Shown here: positions 28,929-38,390 of the stretch, piece by piece
How the letters are laid out: every line of letters begins with the position of its first letter
How positions within the stretch are numbered: position 1 is the stretch's first letter
Assembly: GCA_004524445.1 (NCBI GenBank)
Contig: SDNP01000023.1
Span: 1-48,190 of the forward strand
Length of the DNA: 48,190 bases
From: Candidatus Thorarchaeota archaeon
GTDB lineage: Archaea > Asgardarchaeota > Thorarchaeia > Thorarchaeales > Thorarchaeaceae
Reading direction: 5' to 3'
The notes under the pieces: generated by a model
Told to the model about the DNA's origin: nothing
Seen by the model: the letters and a program-made list of their open reading frames with translations, nothing else
Databases searched by the model: none
Made by a program: the position numbers and the translations under genes

Positions 28929-29891
28929 TTACATCCTGCTATATTGCACGGTATGAGTATGACGGCAGTGCGGGCAGGAGTATTGATCTGGTCCAGTCCA
29001 GTCAATTTGTTCCCAAGACATTGGGGCTCCACAATTATCACATTTGTTCTTGATCACTGGTCGGACGAAAACTGTTGAACCACTTGCCTTGCTCGTTGAG
29101 TCCATCTCAATTTCATCGGAAGTTTCCTCAGCTACGGGACTATAGGTTTGTGATGCAGTATCTGCAACTTCATACTGAGAGAGCGGATGCCGGGCTTGAA
29201 TATATCGGAAGGGTCTCACTAGCCAATCCAGGTGTTCTTTTGGTAATGAGGTCCATTCTCGATTTTGCCATACTTTCAACATGTGGTCTTGTCGTGGTAC
29301 GTGACCTCTTACCTCAAAATTCCCAGTGGTTGCCTTTACCCTGAGTTTCCCTTTTCTTGCCTCGAATGTTTCTATCATATAGAACGGGAACATGTAGAGT
29401 TTGTTCTTTCTCGAGTCTCTTTGGTAGAGTCTATAGTTTGTCATAACGAAGTTGTCGGGATAATATGTGAATACTGCTTCACCCTTTAGCCACGCAAACT
29501 CGGTGTAGAAGTGCTTGGAGAATTTTCTGTGATAACCAACTGATACCCATCGATTATAGGGCTGATTTGGATGAACAAAAGGAACCCCACAGACCTCGCA
29601 TATTTTTCGCTGCTCCCCAATGTTGAGGTTCTCAAACTCTCGTAATCCTAGAGCTCCTCGAAGTTCCTCACGACGCGGCATTGCCCCTAGAACATTGATG
29701 ATGCCATTGATTACCTTGAACATTGCAGCTCTTGAGGTCAACTTGTATTCCTTTATGATGTGAAGCGGAATACTAACCACTGTTCTTGAGCCGCGGTCGT
29801 ATTGAACAATTCTGTAGTTGCTGATGAGATACTCACTACTCTCAGCAATCAGCCTTTCGCCATCAATGGGGATGTAAGTAAGGGTTGTCAA
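28929..29891 (-). CDS. Tandem PH-like repeat protein with Zn ribbon (tentative)
   Basis: Two repeats GE..I/F.....ISNYRI/MTNYRL..D......IP/FP...I, central CEVC, C-terminal CDNC...CPHC. Confidence 0.65.
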   Translation of the reverse strand: MTTLTYIPIDGERLIAESSEYLISNYRIVQYDRGSRTVVSIPLHIIKEYKLTSRAAMFKVINGIINVLGAMPRREELRGALGLREFENLNIGEQRKICEVCGVPFVHPNQPYNRWVSVGYHRKFSKHFYTEFAWLKGEAVFTYYPDNFVMTNYRLYQRDSRKNKLYMFPFYMIETFEARKGKLRVKATTGNFEVRGHVPRQDHMLKVWQNREWTSLPKEHLDWLVRPFRYIQARHPLSQYEVADTASQTYSPVAEETSDEIEMDSTSKASGSTVFVRPVIKNKCDNCGAPMSWEQIDWTGPDQYSCPHCRHTHTVQYSRM

Positions 29892-29988
29892 GACTCGTAA
29901 CCTCAGAATATCTTGCGTTGAGAATTTCTACACTTGAGCGTATTAAAAGGTTGAGCGTAGACATCCTCCTATTTTGCATGAAACACGC

Positions 29989-30201
29989 TCACTGTCTAGG
30001 AATGGAGATGTATAGGATATCTTCGTATCCTAATACCCCATATCCCGATGGGTTTTCTAGTTTAATATGATCTTCATAGATTTCGTTCACGGTTACGTTA
30101 GGAATCTTTGCAAGTGTTTCCTTCTGCATATAACGAAGATATACTGTGAATTTTTTCTCTGATGTTTTCAAATCCTGAAAAATGCTCTTCCAATTGGGCA
30201 T
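29989..30201 (-). CDS. 70-aa hypothetical protein, possible Sm/LSm-like beta-barrel
   Basis: ATG at 30201 with GGAGG SD. N-terminal helix followed by five short beta-like segments. Confidence 0.65.
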   Translation of the reverse strand: MPNWKSIFQDLKTSEKKFTVYLRYMQKETLAKIPNVTVNEIYEDHIKLENPSGYGVLGYEDILYISIPRQ

Positions 30202-30280
30202 ATTTTTTCCTCCATTATGGTGCAACAAACTTGCGAATTTAATAGTTGTTGCTTACAAAAGTAGTTACACATTATTCTTA

Positions 30281-30745
30281 CTAACTTGATGGCTTATGCA
30301 ATACATGGGTATACAAGGACGGGTTCAAACCCATATCTTTGAAGGTTTCACCGACTATTTTCTTGATATCTGAATCGAGTCCAAAATGAATAAGGTGGGA
30401 CCTACATCCTGATTCACAATCACTCGCACCAAACCTAATGGGTCCCCAGTCTGCCTCGTCGCGAGAAGCAAGCCTCTTAGCAACCAGACACTCAACCGGC
30501 TCAGCGCTTTCTGAAAACACCGCATCTAGGATTTCAACATCTGCATCTAGAAGATAGTCTATATGCCAATGTACTTTCTTCTCCTTGCTGAAATGTCTAG
30601 ATAGTCTATTTTCTAGATTCATTGATTGTCCTTGAGCTGAACCCACATACACATAGTATCCTTCAAGAAACTTTGTTTCCCCTAGAGCGCCAATTCTCAC
30701 CTTAATCGGACAGGGAACCACAATTATCAATCCATAGACCCCCAT
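30281..30745 (-). CDS. GIY-YIG (DUF123/Uri) nuclease-family protein
   Basis: GVYGL, GYYVYVGSA, RLSRH, HWHIDYL, EC, FGASDC..C.SHL. Confidence 0.9.
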   Translation of the reverse strand: MGVYGLIIVVPCPIKVRIGALGETKFLEGYYVYVGSAQGQSMNLENRLSRHFSKEKKVHWHIDYLLDADVEILDAVFSESAEPVECLVAKRLASRDEADWGPIRFGASDCESGCRSHLIHFGLDSDIKKIVGETFKDMGLNPSLYTHVLHKPSS

Positions 30746-30765
30746 CAATCCAGATTCAACTCCAT

Positions 30766-31827
30766 TCAGCAATCATTCTTGGCACGGTTTCGTTTCTTCA
30801 AGCATTCTAAAGACGGTCCTAAGATATTCTTGATTTGTTGTAGCGATTGTCCTGTACTCAGGATCCCTGCTTCTGTTTCTCTAAGTACACGGTATATTGA
30901 TGGTCCTATCATCTTCCATCCCTTCTGATGACAACGTGATAGCAGTCTACACCCGAATCGCTCTTGTTTATGTTTCATCCCAAGGCATGATGAAATCTTT
31001 CTGGTTCTGTACTTCGATAGTGACAAAGTAGCTGGCAGATGAATAATCATTAAATCATCCATTAGCTCAATACTCTGTCGTCCTGTTGGCAGCAATTCGC
31101 CTGTGAGTAGAAGATCTACTCCCAAATCTCGGGCTGAGTTTCTGATGCTCTCCATCAACGTTCGATGACATCGTCCACAAGGGTGGAGTTTTTCCTTGAT
31201 TGCCCCCTCGAAAATCTTCTCTAGATTGGAAGATGCGTCAATGAAGTATTGTGATATCTCCAAATTCTCAGATATATATCTAATGGCTCTTTTCTCGGGA
31301 TTGCCCATTACTTGACACCCCAAGTCTGCAGTTAGGCTAATAACCGACCTTGTTTGTCTGGTCGCCCAATATAAAGCAGCGCCACTATCGACCCCGCCAG
31401 AGAAGGCAACTGCAACTATTGTTCCGGTATCTTCCTTTCTCATGTCGATTTGCCTTCTTGGATACTCCATTTCTTTCTCAATATCCAGTCTCAGTTGCTG
31501 TAAAATCGGCTTTTGATTTGGCGACGAATCACTAAGGAGCTTACCAATTCTCTGAAACGTTAGCCTAAGTTGCCGCTCTCTCAGTAGCAACTCACAATTA
31601 GAGTGAACAGTAATCGGAGTTCCAAACACCTCACTTAATTTTGCTACTACTCTCCCGCCAGGGCCAAGTAGAAGGCTTTTTTCTGCTCGATCTGGGACAA
31701 GCACATGTAGCCGGTCTTCAGTTTCAATAACTTTCGAGATAAGTGGGGCAACGCCCCGTTCGTAATCAAGACTATCTCGAATTTCTCTAACAGATACAGA
31801 AAATTGATTCTTATCAACCATGATCAA
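30766..31827 (-). CDS. KH-like plus PP-loop ATPase (COG1365-like, putative RNA-modification enzyme)
   Basis: DRAEKSLLLGPGGRVV KH-like loop, AFSGGVDS PP-loop, HPCGRCH, RVLRETEAG. Confidence 0.8.
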   Translation of the reverse strand: MIMVDKNQFSVSVREIRDSLDYERGVAPLISKVIETEDRLHVLVPDRAEKSLLLGPGGRVVAKLSEVFGTPITVHSNCELLLRERQLRLTFQRIGKLLSDSSPNQKPILQQLRLDIEKEMEYPRRQIDMRKEDTGTIVAVAFSGGVDSGAALYWATRQTRSVISLTADLGCQVMGNPEKRAIRYISENLEISQYFIDASSNLEKIFEGAIKEKLHPCGRCHRTLMESIRNSARDLGVDLLLTGELLPTGRQSIELMDDLMIIHLPATLSLSKYRTRKISSCLGMKHKQERFGCRLLSRCHQKGWKMIGPSIYRVLRETEAGILSTGQSLQQIKNILGPSLECLKKRNRAKNDC

Positions 31828-31894
31828 GCCTCCAAATATTCTGATGCTACCTTACTGGCGATAGCATCTTAAGGACTGATGAAGTAATCGGATT

Positions 31895-32848
31895 GTGAAA
31901 ATGGCTTCTCGAGAAATTGTTCCTGGAATAGTGTCAATCCAGGGTGAGTATGAACCTGGGTTCGGGTATCTAACTAGCCAACTGATACTTGGAGATGAAG
32001 AACTAGTAATTGTTGATCCCGGAACTGCTGGTTCGCCCGGTCGGGAAGTCATCGAAACAATTGAGGAATTGGGTTTCAATTCAAAAAGTGATGTTGCTGC
32101 GATTCTCTGTACTCATGGGCACCCTGACCATATTGGGGGCTGTTCGAGAATTCAAAAACATACAAAAGCTCCAGTTATGATTCATAATTCAGACGCCATT
32201 TTGATTGAAAACCCCTCCTCTTTCATACAAGATAGGCTAAGACTTGATTTTGCCGGGAAACTGGCAATGAAACTCGAAAGAGGTCCACTCAAGGTCAATT
32301 ACAAATCGATCAGCGTGGACAAAAAACTCCAGGGGAACGAATCGTTGAGTTTTGGTGATATTGAAGTTGAGGTAATACATACTGGAGGGCATTCCCAGGG
32401 ACACTGCGTGTTTTATGTGAGAGATACGAAAACGCTATTTTCTGGAGACGAACTCAACAATTATCCCAATAATCCTAGAAAATTCTATGTTGACTTATCT
32501 GGCAGCCTGACTGCAAAAGCCGATGCCGCACGAAAGCTTCAGGAGCTTGAAATTAATACACTGATTCCGAGTCACGATGAAGTACATCTGGATGCGGATG
32601 TGCCCCTGCAATTCAGGGAAGTCCGGAGCGGAATAATCGATTTTCAGGATGCTATTCTGAATCATGTGTCCGCACGCGGCGATGTAGACATCGAACAATT
32701 AGTCTATGACATAAAACAGTCTAGAAGTGTTCCCATCCCTGAGGGCTTAGATTCCCTATTGCCCACCACAATCGTGGTATGCCTGCACGATTTGGAAAAA
32801 GCCGGGCTTGTGCGTCAAGATTTGGATGACATATGGCATAAAGTATGA
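31895..32848 (+). CDS. Metallo-beta-lactamase-fold hydrolase with C-terminal winged helix
   Basis: VDPG, THGHPDHIGG, GGHSQGH, SGD, PSH. C-terminal LHDLEKAGLV. Confidence 0.9.
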   Translation: MKMASREIVPGIVSIQGEYEPGFGYLTSQLILGDEELVIVDPGTAGSPGREVIETIEELGFNSKSDVAAILCTHGHPDHIGGCSRIQKHTKAPVMIHNSDAILIENPSSFIQDRLRLDFAGKLAMKLERGPLKVNYKSISVDKKLQGNESLSFGDIEVEVIHTGGHSQGHCVFYVRDTKTLFSGDELNNYPNNPRKFYVDLSGSLTAKADAARKLQELEINTLIPSHDEVHLDADVPLQFREVRSGIIDFQDAILNHVSARGDVDIEQLVYDIKQSRSVPIPEGLDSLLPTTIVVCLHDLEKAGLVRQDLDDIWHKV

Positions 32849-32968
32849 GCCAAAAACAGCTACATTCGAGCTATATTCAAAAGATTGCCACTATTACTCT
32901 CATTGATGAAAATCGTACTATGCAAGGTTAATGCAGGAATAGAAGCCATAGTGAGAAGTGAATAAGCA

Positions 32969-35548
32969 ATGTCCAAATCTAAACATAGCGATGACCGAGT
33001 AGTGAGCACTGCAGAAGCAATTCGCATGGCTTCGGCTTCCATATTAGGAACCACTACTAGTCAAGATATTGCCCTGGGCAGCGCCACGGGTTCTGGGACG
33101 AAATTAGAAGAAAATTCTCGGATTGTTGCAATGGGAGTGGTCCCTCTTGTTTCTGCATTTTCCCAAAAACTGCACGATAAAACCAATGTTGAACTGATAT
33201 CATTGGAGTGGGATTTAGGATCTGGTTCAAGTTCTGAAATTCTACCTGAACATCTGATAGTCTGTGCAGGCGGTGCAGACAGCTTTACAACCCATACTTG
33301 TGCTATTAGCTGGGAGAAAGGAGTAGTCGATCCCTTTCGTTTGAATTCGTATTTGCATCGTCTATCCGCAAAGATGAAACAAGTCGAAGATGCAATTCTT
33401 TCTAATCAGCTTGATTATGAGAAAGAAGGCATGTCAGTGCTTCGCCAATTCTGTGACAGATTCAATCTTGTCACTTTCGTTGAAATGCTCGATCGCAGGT
33501 TTCAAGAGAGTTGGGACTCGAAGAAGATTCAACAAGATGATGTTGACCTTCTCACTTCCTTAGCTGCAGGGATTAGAACGGACTACTCAACCGTGCCACC
33601 TGGACTGACGCTGACTGGAGGAATGTCTTTTACATTTGACAATCCATCTGCTTCCGAAAATCAGATTTTGGAACATCTCAGGAATCGCATCATTTCCCCC
33701 GTTTCTTTGGATAGCCTCGTGCAGGGTATCACTGAGCTTGGACAAGCAATAATAGCTGAGATAAACACCTATGCATATAGTACCGAAGAGGTTGACATCA
33801 CTCGCGCCACAATTGCCATGTTGGTGAAGTATCTTGGGACTGATAGTGTACCTATCAGCAATTTGGATATGGTTGCATCACGCATACATGATTTTGGGCT
33901 GATGATTCAATCAATTATGAACACATTCTCGGATATCACCGAGGCCCACATCCGCTCTGGTGAATCGTTAACCACTCATGGTCATAAGAAGAAGATTGTA
34001 GAGCACATGGAAGCGTCAACCCTTAAAGAAAATGAATTACAAAAAGCCTATGCCAAAGTCTTGATTGAGCATCTAGTATCATCTATTGAAAAGGAAATCA
34101 GCTTTGATGGACCCTATCGGGCATGGATGCTTCGAAGTATCATAACGTATTTCAATTATATGGCAAAGCGTGTTCATTCCTTCTTTGAGGAGGAATTGTC
34201 TAACTACATTGCAGCAAGAGCGGTTAAGGAATCGATGTATAAAGCATTGAGATCATTTGAGGGGGACGTGAATCCTGACGGAATGGCTTCAGAAGACTTT
34301 AGAGTATTTGAGGAATTCCAAAAAGCATTAACAAACCAAATTGACAGAACAGTCGATCGAAAGAGCTACGAGGGCGATGCAGAGATAGAACACCTTCTTC
34401 GAATTGCATCAGATGAAATTAGAGACGAGTTCCAAAAAATCAATATCTGGGACCTGATAGATTTTGCTGATGTTGCTGAGGTTACCAGAAATGAAATAGC
34501 AGCTATGAGAGAAAATTCTGGTGAATATGAAACAGTCGATCCTTCACAAATATCTCAATTATTGACTCGCTATGAAAACTTGGAAACTGAAATAATCCCC
34601 CACTTGGCTGAACACATTCTCTCAAAGGAGAGTATCCTGAAGCTCACTTCATCCACCAGAGAAGACTTTCTACGGATATTGAATGTAGTTGTTCAATCTC
34701 AAGATGATATGCCCGAAGAGTGGTATGCAGAGGCAAAACGGTGGATTGATCGGATTGACGTATTGATTAGCAATGATGCTCCCGTTTCAGAACGAATGAA
34801 GATTAGTATTGAAACAATATTTTCAGAATTGATGGAAGGAAGCAAAGCCGCCTCTATCATTGACCGCGTCAGAAAAGAAGCCGACCTAAGAGAGAATGAA
34901 TATGCACAAGTAGTAGATGAATGGAAGGCTGAATGTAAAAGAATTGAAGATGATAATATTCCAATACGGAAACACAATCGTGAAAGAGAGGAAATGAAGA
35001 AGAACGCCAGAGAGCAATATGAAAAGGAAACGCATGCTTATGAGGCAAAACTAGTAGAATACAATAGTCGGGCAAGTGATGAAGCGGACTCTTATGCTGT
35101 CCAAAAACCACAGGAACCAGATTCTTTGGAAAACAGGCTTGTGCGAATCGACGAACAATACCCTCACAAGAAGGAAATTCCTCTCCCTCCCAAACCGGAG
35201 ACACCTGAAATCACAAAGCAGTATTCTGTCCTGGCAGCCCTGTTGGATGATATTGTATCAAAGCTTAGAAAAAGTCAGGGTCAGATGCAAGACCGGTTTC
35301 TGAATGAATTGTCAAATTTGCAGCAACAAGCAGAGCAAGCGTACGAGAATATTACAATCCGCGTTGATACTGAGTTCTTGGAGTATTTAATGGATTCGAA
35401 GATCCGCAGATTGAGTAGAGCTGTTGCTACGCCAATTCGTGCTTATTTGCGAAATACCATTAATCCGGATATACTGTATCTTGTGAAATACAGCTTTTCT
35501 GAAAATGAGTTTCTGGTCGAAATTGGAAATAATCTGTTGAAGGGGTGA
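32969..35548 (+). CDS. Large hypothetical helical/coiled-coil protein (859 aa)
   Basis: Long uninterrupted ORF with a coiled-coil and Pro-rich region near the C-terminus. No recognised catalytic motif. Confidence 0.85.
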   Translation: MSKSKHSDDRVVSTAEAIRMASASILGTTTSQDIALGSATGSGTKLEENSRIVAMGVVPLVSAFSQKLHDKTNVELISLEWDLGSGSSSEILPEHLIVCAGGADSFTTHTCAISWEKGVVDPFRLNSYLHRLSAKMKQVEDAILSNQLDYEKEGMSVLRQFCDRFNLVTFVEMLDRRFQESWDSKKIQQDDVDLLTSLAAGIRTDYSTVPPGLTLTGGMSFTFDNPSASENQILEHLRNRIISPVSLDSLVQGITELGQAIIAEINTYAYSTEEVDITRATIAMLVKYLGTDSVPISNLDMVASRIHDFGLMIQSIMNTFSDITEAHIRSGESLTTHGHKKKIVEHMEASTLKENELQKAYAKVLIEHLVSSIEKEISFDGPYRAWMLRSIITYFNYMAKRVHSFFEEELSNYIAARAVKESMYKALRSFEGDVNPDGMASEDFRVFEEFQKALTNQIDRTVDRKSYEGDAEIEHLLRIASDEIRDEFQKINIWDLIDFADVAEVTRNEIAAMRENSGEYETVDPSQISQLLTRYENLETEIIPHLAEHILSKESILKLTSSTREDFLRILNVVVQSQDDMPEEWYAEAKRWIDRIDVLISNDAPVSERMKISIETIFSELMEGSKAASIIDRVRKEADLRENEYAQVVDEWKAECKRIEDDNIPIRKHNREREEMKKNAREQYEKETHAYEAKLVEYNSRASDEADSYAVQKPQEPDSLENRLVRIDEQYPHKKEIPLPPKPETPEITKQYSVLAALLDDIVSKLRKSQGQMQDRFLNELSNLQQQAEQAYENITIRVDTEFLEYLMDSKIRRLSRAVATPIRAYLRNTINPDILYLVKYSFSENEFLVEIGNNLLKG

Positions 35549-35552
35549 AGAT

Positions 35553-37991
35553 ATGTCAAGTTCATGGTTTTTCAAAACCCGTCAAATGAGTGAGGCTGGA
35601 AAAGAATTCTTGCTTACCCAAGCTCTGGCAACCCACATGAGGAGTCCTAGAGACCGTGAGTTGGTTAGAGAGAGTATGGCTGAGGAGAAACCACTGGAAG
35701 ACATTTTTTCCTTTTTTGGTGCCTTTTATCTGTACCATTATCAGGGGGTTCGATTGCTAGATATTACTGATCAGGGGGAAATGACTATTGAGGAGCAACA
35801 AGCGCTTAGCGTGAAAGAAAGAGAAATGCTTGAGCTGGAGATACGTCAACTACTGGGCAATAAGCAACGTGAGGAATTAGATGTATCGAAACTGGTTAGC
35901 GAATTTTTCGTGTCAGCAATAGATGATTTTTCGGATAGCCTGCAGGAGCATTCGAAGGTAGTTGAACCACTTATCAACTTGCTTGAAAAATTCCTACAAA
36001 AAATTCCGGGAGAGTATTCCCTGAATGCTGTTATTGATTTTCTTCTAGAAGTAACGGGCTGGGGGGAAAAATGGCGAGAAGAAATCTACATGAAAGCCTC
36101 TGGATTAAAAGAATCTTCTCTTTCCCTAAGGGACGAGCTGCTAAGGAATCATGAGGAAGAAGTGATTGAAAGCACACTAGTCAAACGCGCACAAGACATG
36201 TTATCAATTAATCTGCAGTCTATCGATGAAAATAACTGGAAGGATATGTTGGCGACTCAAACTAAGCATACGGTCGCAGAGGCGATTATTGAAAACCGAC
36301 TTAATACCAGGATATCTCTCAATGGATTTCGTTCAGGGCACAAAATAAGAATCTCTTTGTTAGAAGCGTTTGAAGCTGAAATTGAAATGCCTACCAATTT
36401 GGACTCATTTGAAGCTCAAATGGCTGAACTAGCTTCAAACCTCCTTGTGGACTCATTCGCAGAGAATCCGGACGAGATTTTTGATGCTCTCTCTGTACTG
36501 ACTGAAATGAGAACGGACGAAATTTCCGAGGAGTTAGCCTCCGGGGGAATACGAACAGGACATAACCTGATGGAGGGTCTTTCAATCAAAGCTCCAGATG
36601 AGGAAGAGGATAGTGAATTGAATCTCTCCCGAGAAGAGCTTGAAGAGATTTCGCGTTCATTGCGTCGGTTGGAGAAAATTGAAGAAACATTAGAGAAGCC
36701 AGTGAAAGGAATGCTTCGAGCCAGAGGACTCAGGTCGTCTGAAATCGATAAGGTTTCGGTAGAAACCTTGACAAAAAATCCAAGTGAACTCATTGCTATT
36801 GAATCCCAAGTTATTGCAGAACTAAAAAAGAAGTTGCGTCTACCTACGCCCGAGGAAATCTCACAACTCTTGGAGCTCAGAGCGGAATATGAAGACAAGA
36901 ACTTGGATCAAATTGGCTCTACTGCAGCAAGAATGGGTCAGAAACTTCAATACGGTGAAACTGTGGAGAAACTCAAGTATGACCTGGTTTGGCATTCAGT
37001 TATTTCAGTCTTGAAGAACCTGGCTCGAGTCATCGAAATATACATCCGTTCAAAGCACGACTTGGTCCGGATTAAGGCCATTCTCAAGAGCATCTATGAA
37101 GAGTCAGAATTAGAACTGCAATTTCTTCGTGAGGAAATCCTAATGGATCTTGCCTCAGATCGACTACTCGAAACTAAGCGGGTACATCCTGATCTTGACG
37201 CCTCGATAATACGGTCTTGGTATCACGCACGGCTTCAGGGAATAGATTTGAATACCGCTATTTCCGAAGTTGAAAAGAGCCCTTCACCCGTTTTCAAGGA
37301 CATAATTGAAAAACCACTGAAGACAGCGGATCTCAAGATAGATAATTATGCTATCGCATTCGACCTCATGCAGAGATTTCTTACTAAACAACGCCAAGAG
37401 AAAGTGGAACGGGAGGCTTTGATGATTGAGGCAAAGAAAAGAGAAGAAAGACTTCTCGAGTCCAAGAAAGACGACTTGGATGTGATGAACTATGTTTCGA
37501 CCAAAGCATACACCGCTTTTCGTGCAATTGGCAGAGTGGGCAAGAGAGGGCTAGAATGGAACTCAAACGATGACACCAAGCTGGCGAATCTCCTGTCTTT
37601 CTACATCAGGCGGAATCGAGGACGCACTATCTGTAGTTCCTGCGGGGAAGAGGTATCTGAAGAATACTGTCCTCAGCATGGCTCAGCAAATATCCGAAAC
37701 TCGAATGACATAGACAACTTGAGCAATTTTGTTAGGCAAGCTGTTTCGGATATCAAAGAAGGTCTGATTGGACCTAAGAGTGAATCAATGACATGGGATG
37801 AAGCCCGGTCTCTTGTGAAAAGAGAAATATCCAAACTAAAGCAAAGAGGCAAAATCACAGGAAAAACTGATGTTAACAATTTACTTCCAGGAGAAATCAA
37901 CTACATAGTCGGCCCTGCAATTGCAGAGATCATCGGACAGTATTTCAATGACTCCTTGAAGTACGCTGCTCGTAGTGCAGATATCGCATAG
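35553..37991 (+). CDS. Large hypothetical helical protein with Zn finger (812 aa)
   Basis: Starts 4 nt after the previous stop with a GGGGTGA SD. Glu/Leu-rich helices, CSSC...CPQH. Confidence 0.85.
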   Translation: MSSSWFFKTRQMSEAGKEFLLTQALATHMRSPRDRELVRESMAEEKPLEDIFSFFGAFYLYHYQGVRLLDITDQGEMTIEEQQALSVKEREMLELEIRQLLGNKQREELDVSKLVSEFFVSAIDDFSDSLQEHSKVVEPLINLLEKFLQKIPGEYSLNAVIDFLLEVTGWGEKWREEIYMKASGLKESSLSLRDELLRNHEEEVIESTLVKRAQDMLSINLQSIDENNWKDMLATQTKHTVAEAIIENRLNTRISLNGFRSGHKIRISLLEAFEAEIEMPTNLDSFEAQMAELASNLLVDSFAENPDEIFDALSVLTEMRTDEISEELASGGIRTGHNLMEGLSIKAPDEEEDSELNLSREELEEISRSLRRLEKIEETLEKPVKGMLRARGLRSSEIDKVSVETLTKNPSELIAIESQVIAELKKKLRLPTPEEISQLLELRAEYEDKNLDQIGSTAARMGQKLQYGETVEKLKYDLVWHSVISVLKNLARVIEIYIRSKHDLVRIKAILKSIYEESELELQFLREEILMDLASDRLLETKRVHPDLDASIIRSWYHARLQGIDLNTAISEVEKSPSPVFKDIIEKPLKTADLKIDNYAIAFDLMQRFLTKQRQEKVEREALMIEAKKREERLLESKKDDLDVMNYVSTKAYTAFRAIGRVGKRGLEWNSNDDTKLANLLSFYIRRNRGRTICSSCGEEVSEEYCPQHGSANIRNSNDIDNLSNFVRQAVSDIKEGLIGPKSESMTWDEARSLVKREISKLKQRGKITGKTDVNNLLPGEINYIVGPAIAEIIGQYFNDSLKYAARSADIA

Positions 37992-38007
37992 AGATTTACA
38001 CAGCGCC

Positions 38008-38322
38008 CTAGCCCACGACGTCTGAGATCCACTCTAGGTACGCCTTTGCCCCAGATTCAATGTCAACTACAACGAACTCTGGAACCTCATAAGAGTGGGA
38101 TTCTTCAACCACCGCCTGTAGCTCTTTGAGATGTTCCTCCAATGTTTTCAACATCAAAATCGATTCTCTGGAAGTTTCCAAATTGCCTTTCCAATGAAAT
38201 ATGCTATGAACATTCTCAATTATGTTCACACATGCTGCCTTTCTTGATTCCGCAATTACTTTGGCCAGTTTGTATGCTTCATCCGCGGGACATGTCGTTA
38301 TAGCAAGCTTGTATTCCGTCAT
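38008..38322 (-). CDS. cutA: Divalent-cation tolerance protein CutA
   Basis: AACVNI, SIFHWKG, E..L.LKT, HSYEVPE, YLEWI. Confidence 0.93.
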   Translation of the reverse strand: MTEYKLAITTCPADEAYKLAKVIAESRKAACVNIIENVHSIFHWKGNLETSRESILMLKTLEEHLKELQAVVEESHSYEVPEFVVVDIESGAKAYLEWISDVVG

Positions 38323-38390
38323 ACAACCTATGGTGAAAGAGATACATATATACAGAGTGCCGAATCCGAAGGTATCATCTGGTGACATTC

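Noticed and set aside
30318-30335. GGGTTCAAACCC tRNA T-arm-like sequence
   Set aside because: It lies inside a coding gene and no cloverleaf can be built around it.
30281-30745. GIY-YIG gene as a homing endonuclease or mobile element
   Set aside because: Motifs match the cellular DUF123 family, and there are no intron, intein or terminal-repeat features.
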